Both the position numbers and the translations under genes were made by a program. Shown here piece after piece: positions 33,451 to 41,587 of a DNA stretch of 64,000 bases. Below the pieces are notes generated by a model. The model saw nothing but the letters and a program-made list of their open reading frames with translations, ran no database searches and had not been told where the DNA came from. The first letter of the stretch is position 1, and each line of letters starts with the position of its first letter. Source of the stretch: Myxococcota bacterium (GTDB lineage: Bacteria > Myxococcota_A > Polyangia > Polyangiales > Sandaracinaceae); assembly GCA_036149055.1 (NCBI GenBank), contig JAYZQJ010000137.1, positions 63,862 to 127,861 of the forward strand, read 5' to 3'.

Positions 33451-34461
33451 ATGCGACGCTGGCAGTACATGGTCGCCGCGCTGGCCCTCGCCGGGTGCGC
33501 GGCCGAGACGGACGCGGGCCTCGACTTCGTCACGGGAGACGCGGACGCCCTCGAGCGGGCGGAGGCGACGCCGACCGAGGCCGACTTCTTCAGCCGGATG
33601 AACCGCGAGCGGACCTCGCGCGGGCTCCGCGCGCTGAAGCCCTACTGGGACCTCGTCGACGACGCGCGGGCGCACGCCATCCGGATGCGCGATCGCGGCC
33701 GCCTCTACCACTCGCCGGACATGGCGTCCTACGTGCGCTCCGACGTCTGGCGCCGCCTGGGAGAGAACGTCGGTCGCGGTGGGAGCGTCGGCCGGATCCA
33801 CGACCTCTTCATGGGCAGCGACGGCCACCGCGCGAACATCCTCGGGGACTACGACTACGCCGGCATCGGCGTGCACGAGGAGCCGAGCGGCCAGATCTGG
33901 GTGACCGTCCTCTTCATGAAGGCCACCCGGGGAGGGCTCGAGGACCATTACCCGCCCTTTGCCGACGACGACGGCGACACGCACGAGCGGGACATCTACG
34001 CGATCTACGCCGCCGGCATCACCCGCGGCTGCGGGCCGCGCCGCTACTGCCCCGACGCGCCGGTGACCCGAGCGCAGATGGCCAGCTTCCTCGTGAGGGC
34101 GCTCGACCTGCCGCCGTCGAGCGACGACCGCTTCACCGACGACGACCGGAGCAGTCACGAGGCGGACATCCAGGCCCTCGCCGCGTCCGGGATCACCCGG
34201 GGCTGCGGCGGCACGCGCTACTGCCCGGACGCGCCGGTGACCCGGGCCCAGATGGCCACCTTCCTCGACCGCGCCCTGTCGCTGCCCTCGGGCCGTCGTG
34301 ACCACTTCGCCGACGACGACGGCCACTGGGCCGAGCGGCACATCGACGCCCTCGCCGAGAGCGGCATCACCCGCGGCTGCGGGGCGGGGCGCTTCTGCCC
34401 CGAGGAGCCGGTCACGCGGGCCCAGATGGCGAGCTTCCTCGCGCGAGCTCTGGGGCTGTGA
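33451..34461 (+). CDS. Lipoprotein with CAP/SCP domain plus three SLH-like repeats
   Basis: Lipobox LAGC. CAP motifs N..R..RGL, GENVG, S.GHRANIL, GIG. 3x F.DDD...HE.DI.A....GITRGC....CP..PVTRAQMA.FL.RAL. Confidence 0.9.
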   Translation: MRRWQYMVAALALAGCAAETDAGLDFVTGDADALERAEATPTEADFFSRMNRERTSRGLRALKPYWDLVDDARAHAIRMRDRGRLYHSPDMASYVRSDVWRRLGENVGRGGSVGRIHDLFMGSDGHRANILGDYDYAGIGVHEEPSGQIWVTVLFMKATRGGLEDHYPPFADDDGDTHERDIYAIYAAGITRGCGPRRYCPDAPVTRAQMASFLVRALDLPPSSDDRFTDDDRSSHEADIQALAASGITRGCGGTRYCPDAPVTRAQMATFLDRALSLPSGRRDHFADDDGHWAERHIDALAESGITRGCGAGRFCPEEPVTRAQMASFLARALGL

Positions 34462-34480
34462 TCAGGCCTGCGGCCTCATC

Positions 34481-34732
34481 TCAGGCGGAGCGCTTCACGA
34501 TCGTGAGCAGATCGACCAGGCGGTCCATCGCCGAGCCGAGGTCGGCGTCGTGTAATCGGAGCTCCACGTGGGAGTGGGGGGTCGGGGTCTGGAGGCGCGC
34601 CTCGTACCCCATCCCGCATTTGCGGAGCCCGATGACGGGTCCCTCGATGGCACCGATGCGATCGATGCTCGCTTGCACACGGGCCCGCTGACCTGCGGAC
34701 GGGCGCAGGTCTCCCCAGTCGACTCGAACCAT
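34481..34732 (-). CDS. Small protein with weak resemblance to the HPF/RaiA ribosome-hibernation fold
   Basis: ATG 34732 after a G-rich SD. C-terminal HDADLGSAMDRLVDLL resembles the HPF D[ML]YAAID...DKL helix. Confidence 0.5.
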   Translation of the reverse strand: MVRVDWGDLRPSAGQRARVQASIDRIGAIEGPVIGLRKCGMGYEARLQTPTPHSHVELRLHDADLGSAMDRLVDLLTIVKRSA

Positions 34733-34871
34733 CGAACCCCCCAGCTCGATGCTCTTCCGGATCAATCAGCCGGACGAACAGCAGTGAAAAACGACAGGAA
34801 CCAGAACTACCCATGTCGGGCCGGGTCTGCAAGCTCCAACTTCGGTCACCCGCGTCCGGGGACTGTCGCGC

Positions 34872-36017
34872 TCAGGACCGCTCGACCAGCCGATCGATGA
34901 GGAAGCCGCTTTGCTCGGCCGCCTCCTGCTGGAAGCGCTCCCCGTAGTACGCGCGGACCTCCTCGAACACCGCCGCGAACGCGTCCGCGTCCTTGTCGTT
35001 CACGATGTCGGCCAGCTCGGCCGCGGCCGCCTGGAACGCCCGGGTCACCTCGGCGGTGCGCGGGTTCCGCATCTCGATCTCACCGTAAAGGTGCGGTGAC
35101 TGCTTGAAGTGGCGGCCGGCGACGTAGAGCTCCATGAGGTAGGCGGGCGACGCGAAGCGCAGCGTCTCCTCCGCCGGCACGCCGAAGCGGGCCAGGGTCA
35201 AGCCGAGCACCTGGGTCTGGAAGTGGTTGAGCACCTGGACCACCGCCATCGCCCGGTCGTGCGCCGCGGCGGTCGCGTCGGTGATCTCGAGGCCGCGCGC
35301 CGCGAGCATGCGCCGCAGCCAGGCCTCCCACCGGTCGCCGCGGCCGGGGCAGATGACCACGCGCTGGCCCTGCACCGAGTGCACGTTGGGGCCGAACATC
35401 GGGTGCGTGCCCACGACGGACGCCTTCGTCGCCGCGAGCATCGCCGCGAGCGGCCCCTCCTTCACGCTGGTCACGTCCATCAGGAGCGCGTCCTCGCGCA
35501 CGTGGGGACCGACCTGGCGGATCACCTCCTCGGTGACCGCGATGGGCACGCTCACCACCACCACGTCGGCGTGCTGCGCCGCCTCCTCCGGGCGGAGCGC
35601 GGTGTCGACGTCGGCGACCATCACCGCGTGCCCGAGGTCGCCGAAGAGCTGCGCCATGCACCGGCCCATGCCGCCCTCGCCGCCGATGATGGCGACGGTG
35701 ACCGGCTCGACGTCGGGCGGCACCTCGGCGCGCAAGGCCGCCTGCTTGTCGCGGCTCGCCCAGAGCACGAGGCGCCACATCGACTCGATCACCCCCGGGC
35801 CGAGCCCGAGCTTCTCGGCGCGCGCGCGGCGGTCGTCGAGGATCTCGCGCTCGCGCTCGAAGTCGCGGATGCGCCGGCCGTGGCCGCGCTTGTACTCGGC
35901 CACCTCCGCCACCAGCGCCATGCGGCGGCTGAGCAGCTGGAGCACGTCGCGGTCGATGGCGTCGATCAGGGCGCGGAGCACGGCGAGCGGGCGCGCGCGG
36001 GGCTGGGGCTCGGTCAT
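34872..36017 (-). CDS. tyrA: Bifunctional chorismate mutase/prephenate dehydrogenase
   Basis: LRALIDAIDRD..LL.RR (CM); IIGGEGGMG, DVTSVK, HPMFGP, HDRAMAVVQ (PDH). Confidence 0.93.
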   Translation of the reverse strand: MTEPQPRARPLAVLRALIDAIDRDVLQLLSRRMALVAEVAEYKRGHGRRIRDFEREREILDDRRARAEKLGLGPGVIESMWRLVLWASRDKQAALRAEVPPDVEPVTVAIIGGEGGMGRCMAQLFGDLGHAVMVADVDTALRPEEAAQHADVVVVSVPIAVTEEVIRQVGPHVREDALLMDVTSVKEGPLAAMLAATKASVVGTHPMFGPNVHSVQGQRVVICPGRGDRWEAWLRRMLAARGLEITDATAAAHDRAMAVVQVLNHFQTQVLGLTLARFGVPAEETLRFASPAYLMELYVAGRHFKQSPHLYGEIEMRNPRTAEVTRAFQAAAAELADIVNDKDADAFAAVFEEVRAYYGERFQQEAAEQSGFLIDRLVERS

Positions 36018-36082
36018 GGGTGGGAGAATATCTCGCCGCCGGTGAAATACGGGGCCCCCTTCTCCGGTACTCTCCCACGTCG

Positions 36083-37729
36083 ATGGTCCTGCCCAGCTCG
36101 ATGGTCGCCGCCGTCGCGAGCAGCGCCGCGGCGGGCAAGAACCCGTGGCTGCCGCTCGCGTTGATCTTCCTGCTCGCCGCTCCGGCGTCGGTGCCGGCGG
36201 TGATGATGGATCCCGAGCTGCACGCGCAGCTGCACGACCTCGGCCCGGTCGAGGTGCTCTGGACGCTCGGCGCGGTGTTCGCGCTGCTCGCCGCGCTCGA
36301 CTCCATCGCCGACAAGGTCGGCTTCCTCGAGAAGTGGCTGGTGCCGGTCAGCACGTCGTGGCGCCCCTTCGCGGGCGTGGCCTGCGCGGCGCTGGTGGGC
36401 GTGGCCGCGGCGCGCGATGTCGCCGAGCCGGAGCGCCTCGAGGCGGTCCAGATGGCGCTCACCCAGACGCGCCACGCCGACTCCCTATGGGTCGGCGGCT
36501 CGATGGTCGCGCTCACCATCGCGATCGCGCTCGTCTTCAACTGGATCAGCACCATGAGCAAGACCGGCGTCCGGCTGCTGATGACGATGGTGCCGGTCCC
36601 GGGCCTGAAGCTCGCCCACAGCTTCGTCGACGACTTCTTCGCCCTCGGCGCCACCGTGGCCGGCTTCGCCTTCGCCGACACGCTGCTCGTCCCGGCGCTG
36701 CTCGCCCTCTACCTGCTGGTCGGCGTCTTCACCGGGCCGCTGTTGACCCGCCTGACCTGGATCCACGTGCGCGTCGGCTGGTCGCTCGTGCGCAAGATGG
36801 TCCGCGGCGGCGAGCCCGCGGGGCCCCCGCCGAAGTGGGTGCGGCGCTGGCTCGAGGCCGAGGGGTTGGCCGACGCGGCCGCGCTCCCCGCGTACGTCTA
36901 CCGGGCGCCGGAGATCGGGTGGTGCCGCGCTGGCTTCCTCGTGATCGGCGAGGAGCGGGCGCTCTTCCTCACCCGGGTGTGGTGGCGCCCGACCGCGTGG
37001 TCCGTCGCCCCCGACGCGCTCGCCCGGATCGGCTACGCCGACACCGCCACCGCGCGCGTCGTCACGCTGGTGGAGAGGCTCGACTCGGGCGGGCTCAGGG
37101 AGGCGCACGTGCAGCTCTTCCCGGCCCTCGAGGACGAGGTCTTACCGGCCCTCGAGCGCGCCACCGAGTCCCTCGTGCGGGTCCGCCTCGACTCCGAGTC
37201 CGCGCGCGCCGCGCTCCCGGGCTACGCCGACCGCACCCGCTCGGTGCGGTTCCTGCCGCAGGAGGCGGCGGGCAGCCTGCGCCTGCAGGGCCTGCTCACG
37301 CTCGCCACCGCCATCGGGGTCGGCGTTCTGACCGGGGGCGTCTTCGTGCCGATCGGCGCCGGCTACCTGGTCTCGCCCTTCAAGCGCCGGGTGGTCATCG
37401 GCCTGCTGGCGAGCGGCTACCTGAGCCTCTGCGTCGTCGGCAGCATGGGGCTCGGCTGGCCCTTCGCGGTGCTCTACGCGAGCGTGCTCAACGCGGTCGC
37501 GCTCCGGGACCTGACCCGCAACGCGCTCAAGGCGCGCCTCGACGGCTTCGTCGATCGCCGCGCGTGGCTGCCGATCGTCGCCGACCGGGTGTGGGTGCCG
37601 CGGGCCGGGCTGACCGCAGAGGCCGATCGCTGGAGCCCCGCCCACGAGGTCGCGCCCACCGACGGCACCTGGCGCGCCGTGACCCGCCTGCTCGCCGATC
37701 CCGCCCCGCCCGCCTCCGCGACGGCGTGA
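36083..37729 (+). CDS. Membrane protein with DUF4126-like N-terminal domain and extended C-terminus
   Basis: AAAGKNPWLPL, IADKV, RPFAG, K.GVR, SFVDD match DUF4126 motif order. Confidence 0.7.
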   Translation: MVLPSSMVAAVASSAAAGKNPWLPLALIFLLAAPASVPAVMMDPELHAQLHDLGPVEVLWTLGAVFALLAALDSIADKVGFLEKWLVPVSTSWRPFAGVACAALVGVAAARDVAEPERLEAVQMALTQTRHADSLWVGGSMVALTIAIALVFNWISTMSKTGVRLLMTMVPVPGLKLAHSFVDDFFALGATVAGFAFADTLLVPALLALYLLVGVFTGPLLTRLTWIHVRVGWSLVRKMVRGGEPAGPPPKWVRRWLEAEGLADAAALPAYVYRAPEIGWCRAGFLVIGEERALFLTRVWWRPTAWSVAPDALARIGYADTATARVVTLVERLDSGGLREAHVQLFPALEDEVLPALERATESLVRVRLDSESARAALPGYADRTRSVRFLPQEAAGSLRLQGLLTLATAIGVGVLTGGVFVPIGAGYLVSPFKRRVVIGLLASGYLSLCVVGSMGLGWPFAVLYASVLNAVALRDLTRNALKARLDGFVDRRAWLPIVADRVWVPRAGLTAEADRWSPAHEVAPTDGTWRAVTRLLADPAPPASATA

Positions 37730-37758
37730 TTGACGCCGGGGATCGGCGCTCGTACGGT
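37730..37758 (+). promoter_or_regulatory. Sigma70-type promoter of dapAB
   Basis: TTGACG-N17-TACGGT, ending 10 nt before the dapA ATG. Confidence 0.6.
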
Positions 37759-37768
37759 CCCGCCGCTC

Positions 37769-38647
37769 ATGAAACTGTCCGGGACCCTGCCTGCGCTCGT
37801 CACGCCCTTCCGCGACGGGCACGTCGACGAAGACGCCCTGCGCGCGCTCGTCGAGCGGGTGATCGAAGGCGGCGTCGACGGGCTCGTGCCCTGCGGCACG
37901 ACGGGCGAGAGCGTCACCCTCTCCGACGAAGAGCAGATGCGGGTGATCCGCATCACCGTCGATCAGGCGAAGGGGAGGGTGCCGGTGGTCGCCGGCGCGG
38001 GGAGCGTCTCGACCCGCCACACCATCCACCTCGCGCAGGGCGCCAAGGGCGCGGGCGCCGACGCGCTGCTGCTCGTCTGCCCCTATTACAACCGCCCGAC
38101 GCAGGCCGGCCTCGAGGCGCACTTCCGCGCGGTGCTCGACGCGGTCTCGCTGCCCTCGGTGCTCTACAACATCCCCGGCCGCACCGGCGTCGACCTCTCG
38201 CTCGACACCCTCGAGCGCCTCTGCGACGTGCCGGAGATCGTCGGCATCAAGGAGGCGACCGGCAACGTCATGCGGAGCCAGGAGATCCTCGCGCGGCTCG
38301 GCGACCGGATCACCGTGCTCAGCGGGGACGACGCCCTGACCTTGCCGGTGCTCTCGGTGGGCGGGCGCGGGGTGATCAGCGTCACCGCCAACGCCTTCCC
38401 GCGGGAGACGTCGGACGTCTGCCGGCGCTTCTTCGACGGCGACGTCGACGGCGCGCGCGAGCTGCATCTCCGGCTCCTGCCGGTGCACCAGAGCATGTTC
38501 TGCGAGTCGAACCCCGGGCCGGTGAAGGCGCTCCTCGCCGCGGCCGGGCACCTCGCGCCCGAGGTCCGCCTCCCGCTCGCCTGGCCGAGCGAGGCGGCGC
38601 TCGCCCACGTCCGCGGCGCCGCGGAGAAGGCAGGACTGACCGTATGA
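37769..38647 (+). CDS. dapA: 4-hydroxy-tetrahydrodipicolinate synthase
   Basis: ALVTPF, GTTGES, PYYNRP, LYNIPGRTG, GIKEA, SGDD, ESNPGPVK. Confidence 0.97.
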   Translation: MKLSGTLPALVTPFRDGHVDEDALRALVERVIEGGVDGLVPCGTTGESVTLSDEEQMRVIRITVDQAKGRVPVVAGAGSVSTRHTIHLAQGAKGAGADALLLVCPYYNRPTQAGLEAHFRAVLDAVSLPSVLYNIPGRTGVDLSLDTLERLCDVPEIVGIKEATGNVMRSQEILARLGDRITVLSGDDALTLPVLSVGGRGVISVTANAFPRETSDVCRRFFDGDVDGARELHLRLLPVHQSMFCESNPGPVKALLAAAGHLAPEVRLPLAWPSEAALAHVRGAAEKAGLTV

Positions 38648-39417
38648 CCCGCATCGCCCTCGCCGGCGCGACCGGCCGCATGGGACACGCCATCGCCCAG
38701 GTGATCGACGAGGATCCCCTCGTCACCCTCGTCGCCGCGCACGGGGGCGACGACGACCCGAGGCTCGGGCAGAAGGTCGGCGAGGTCACCGTCACGAAGC
38801 TCGGCGCGCTCGACGCGGACGTGGTCATCGACTTCACCAGCCCCGCCGGCACGCGCGCCGTGATCGAGCGCTGCGCCGCCGCGAAGTGCGCCCTCGTCAG
38901 CGGCACCACGGGCCTGGGCGAAGACGAGTTCGCCGCGCTCGACGCGCTGGCGGAGGAGGTGCCGGTTGTCTGGGCGCCGAACATGAGCGTCGGCGTGACG
39001 CTGCTCTTCCACCTCGCCGAGCTGGCGACGAAGCTGGTCGGGCCGGACTTCGACCCGGAGATCGTGGAGATGCACCACCGCCACAAGGTCGACGCGCCGA
39101 GCGGCACCGCGGTGCGTCTCGCGGAGCGGGTGGCGGCCGGCCGCGGCCTCGACCCGAGCGAGGCGGTCGTGCACGGGCGGAGCGGCCAGGTCGGCCCGCG
39201 CCGGGACGACGAGATCGGCGTGATGACCCTGCGCGGCGGCAGCGTGGTCGGCGACCACACCCTCGTCCTCGCCGGACCGGGCGAGCGCCTCGAGATCGGC
39301 CACCGCGCCCAGGACCGCAGCATCTTCGCCCGGGGCGCCGTCCGCGCCGCCCGCTGGGTCGTCGAGCGTCCGCCCGGCCGCTACGACATGGCCGACGTGC
39401 TCGGCATCGAGCGCTGA
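38644..39417 (+). CDS. dapB: 4-hydroxy-tetrahydrodipicolinate reductase
   Basis: GATGRMG, IDFT, GTTG, APNMSVG, EMHHRHKVDAPSGTA, FARGA. ATGA coupled to dapA. Confidence 0.97.
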   Translation: MTRIALAGATGRMGHAIAQVIDEDPLVTLVAAHGGDDDPRLGQKVGEVTVTKLGALDADVVIDFTSPAGTRAVIERCAAAKCALVSGTTGLGEDEFAALDALAEEVPVVWAPNMSVGVTLLFHLAELATKLVGPDFDPEIVEMHHRHKVDAPSGTAVRLAERVAAGRGLDPSEAVVHGRSGQVGPRRDDEIGVMTLRGGSVVGDHTLVLAGPGERLEIGHRAQDRSIFARGAVRAARWVVERPPGRYDMADVLGIER

Positions 39418-39482
39418 GGGAGGCGGCTGAGGGAGGCTGGGGCGCCGGTTACGGCGGCGAGGTCGCGGCCACTCGCCAGGCG

Positions 39483-39530
39483 ACGGGCACGGGCACGGGC
39501 ACGGGAGCAGCGGGCCGTGGGCCCGCTGCT
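39483..39530. repeat. (ACGGGC)n hexamer run followed by a perfect 11-bp hairpin between convergent genes
   Basis: About 4x ACGGGC at 39483-39505, then AGCAGCGGGCC-GTG-GGCCCGCTGCT at 39506-39530. Confidence 0.75.
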
Positions 39531-40140
39531 AGCGCTGGAGCTGCATCACGCAGGTGCGGCTGCCGTCGTTGCAGGTGACCGTCAGGGTGTCGCCGCCCAG
39601 GCTGCCCGAGCAGTCCACCGCGGGATCGCCGCCGACCGACAGCGGGCTCATCGCCATGTCGAGGTTGCCGTCCGAGAGCAGCACGAAGGTGCCGTCGAGC
39701 GCGGGGGTCGGCGGGTCGCCGGCCATCGACGTCGCGGTGTAGGCGCAGGGGGTGGCCCCCGCGGCGATGTCGCTCACGTAGCCCACCATCGCCGCGCCGC
39801 AGGGCCCGGAGAGGATGTTGGACACGCTCCACGCGCCGGCCGCGTCCGGGCAGTCCATCCCGCCGCCGTCGGCCGCGCCGCCGTCGCCGGCCATGCCGCC
39901 GTCGGAGCCCGCGTCGCCCATCACCACGCCGGAGTCGCTCGGCGGCGCCCCCGAGTCCTGGGCCGGCCCCGAGTCGCTCACCCCCGCTTCGGGCACCGCC
40001 CCGACCGGCTGGCACACCCGATCGATGCACACCTGCGAGATGTCGGAGCAGTCGGAGTCGATGACGCACGGGCCGCCCGAGCCCCCGTCGCAGCCGAAGG
40101 AGAGCAGGATCGAGCCCGAGACAAGCCAGAGAAGACGCAT
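39529..40140 (-). CDS. Small lipoprotein with Cys-rich head, D-x-G-rich linker and beta-rich C-terminal domain
   Basis: Lipobox SFGC. CxxDSDC...C...C head. TACCAT 7 nt before ATG 40140. Confidence 0.8.
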   Translation of the reverse strand: MRLLWLVSGSILLSFGCDGGSGGPCVIDSDCSDISQVCIDRVCQPVGAVPEAGVSDSGPAQDSGAPPSDSGVVMGDAGSDGGMAGDGGAADGGGMDCPDAAGAWSVSNILSGPCGAAMVGYVSDIAAGATPCAYTATSMAGDPPTPALDGTFVLLSDGNLDMAMSPLSVGGDPAVDCSGSLGGDTLTVTCNDGSRTCVMQLQR

Positions 40141-40173
40141 CGGCGGCATGGTAGCCCGCGGTCCCCGCCAACG

Positions 40174-40204
40174 AAAAGAGCCGACCCCGAGGGGCCGGCT
40201 CTTC
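40174..40204 (-). terminator. Intrinsic terminator after the 41408-40224 lipoprotein gene
   Basis: Minus strand AAGAGCCGGCCCC-TC-GGGGTCGGCTCTT continuing into TTCGTT (U-rich tail). Confidence 0.75.
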
Positions 40205-40223
40205 TACGAGAATCGGCGTCCGA

Positions 40224-41408
40224 TCACTCGGCGACGAAGTTGTCCTGCCACATGAACATCTGTGGCCCGAAGACCATGGCGTCGGAGCCGCTGAGGGCCA
40301 GCACGCCGTTGATGAACAGCGTCGTCCGGTGTCCAGCCTCGAGCTTCGGCTGGATGTTGTCGGACGGCGGCGGGCTCGGGAAGGCCTCGAGGATCGGCAG
40401 GCAGGCCTGCTGAGCGGGCGGCAGCGTGCTGAACTCGGGACAGCCCTCGGTGCCGGTCGGCGCCGGCACCAGGTAGATCGCGCCGCCGAAGCCGCCGAGC
40501 GGGTTGGTCGGCAGGATGGGCATGCGCTCGACGTAGTCGGTGGTCGTCTCGTAGCCCACGCCCTCGGCCAGGGCCTCCGGGGTGTCGCCGGGGCTCGTGT
40601 CGACGCAGGAGCCCGGCGGTCCGGAGGTGTTGGGCGCGAGGCTGGCCTCGTAGCAGACGTTGAACGGGACCGGGAACGCGTTGGCGACCTGGTGGGAGAC
40701 GCGGAGCAGCGCCATGTCCGCCGCCGGCTCCGTCTGCGCGTCGGCGACCACGAGGAGCTCGCCGGCCACGTCCTCCGGGCAGGTCATGTCGTAGGTCGGC
40801 GGCGTGCAGAGATCCGGCAGGGCCCCGTCGGCGGCGCCGAAGCTCCCGGTCGGGAAGCCGGTCAGGATCGCGCTGGAGATGCTGTCGGCCGGGACCGAGT
40901 CGGGGGAGATGGTGGCGAGCAGCGCCGCCTCGGGGGCGGCCGCGTCGGCGGGGTCGTCGGGGCAGCCCTCGGCCATGACCGCGTCGGGCTCGTAGACGGC
41001 CACGAGGTAGTCGGCCGGCGCCACCACCGGGAACGTCACGTAGGAGCTGACGCCGCGGAAGGGGATCGGGCCGGTGGCCTCGGTCAGGAACTGCTTGGTG
41101 GCCGCGATGGCGGTGCCGCCGGTCGCCACCCACAAGCACAGGTGCGCGCTGCCGGGCGCCGCGGTCGTGCCGGCCAGGCCGGGCAGGTTGTGCACCAGCC
41201 GGATCTGGAAGCTCGGGGGCGGGCCCCCGTCCACGCCGGAGTCCTCGTCGACCCCGGTGTCCATCTCGACCCCGGTGTCCATCTCGACGCCGGTGTCCAT
41301 CTCGACCGTCGCGTCGATGCCCGCGTCTTCGTCCCCGGAGCCGTCGTCGCACGCAGCCGCGATCAGTCCGAGTGCCGCCACCGCGGCGAGAGTCTGCCGT
41401 TTCCTCAT
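40224..41408 (-). CDS. Acidic lipoprotein with two DUF4397-like beta-sandwich repeats
   Basis: Lipobox AAAC. IRLVHNLP and LRVSHQV repeats each followed by a ...Y...(S/T).Y pattern. Acidic linker. Confidence 0.8.
   Translation of the reverse strand: MRKRQTLAAVAALGLIAAACDDGSGDEDAGIDATVEMDTGVEMDTGVEMDTGVDEDSGVDGGPPPSFQIRLVHNLPGLAGTTAAPGSAHLCLWVATGGTAIAATKQFLTEATGPIPFRGVSSYVTFPVVAPADYLVAVYEPDAVMAEGCPDDPADAAAPEAALLATISPDSVPADSISSAILTGFPTGSFGAADGALPDLCTPPTYDMTCPEDVAGELLVVADAQTEPAADMALLRVSHQVANAFPVPFNVCYEASLAPNTSGPPGSCVDTSPGDTPEALAEGVGYETTTDYVERMPILPTNPLGGFGGAIYLVPAPTGTEGCPEFSTLPPAQQACLPILEAFPSPPPSDNIQPKLEAGHRTTLFINGVLALSGSDAMVFGPQMFMWQDNFVAE
41248..41306. repeat. Intragenic 18-bp tandem repeat x3 encoding VEMDTG
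   Basis: TCGAC(C/G)CCGGTGTCCATC repeated three times plus a partial copy. Confidence 0.85.
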
Positions 41409-41587
41409 GTCACCACCCCACCGGCCACGCCGGGGGCGTGCGTCGCCGCTCAGTCCAAGCCCCTCACGGGTGTGCCCCCCGCCGGCGATGATACCTCAGC
41501 CGGCAGAACGAAAGGAAATCGGGGCACCGAAAGCCTCATCATTTCGGGGCCGCACTCCCGCCCCGGTCCTTGGTAAGCTCCCCGGCC

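Noticed and set aside
30149..33601. 1150-aa plus-strand ORF spanning pgi, SRAP and EamA
   Set aside because: Antisense/off-frame shadow of clearly recognisable genes.
34700..34870. Lower-GC patches (also 41410-41570, 47590-47860, 50680-50840) as foreign DNA or tRNA
   Set aside because: They are short and intergenic, with no cloverleaf, integrase, transposase or flanking direct repeats. Better explained as regulatory DNA.
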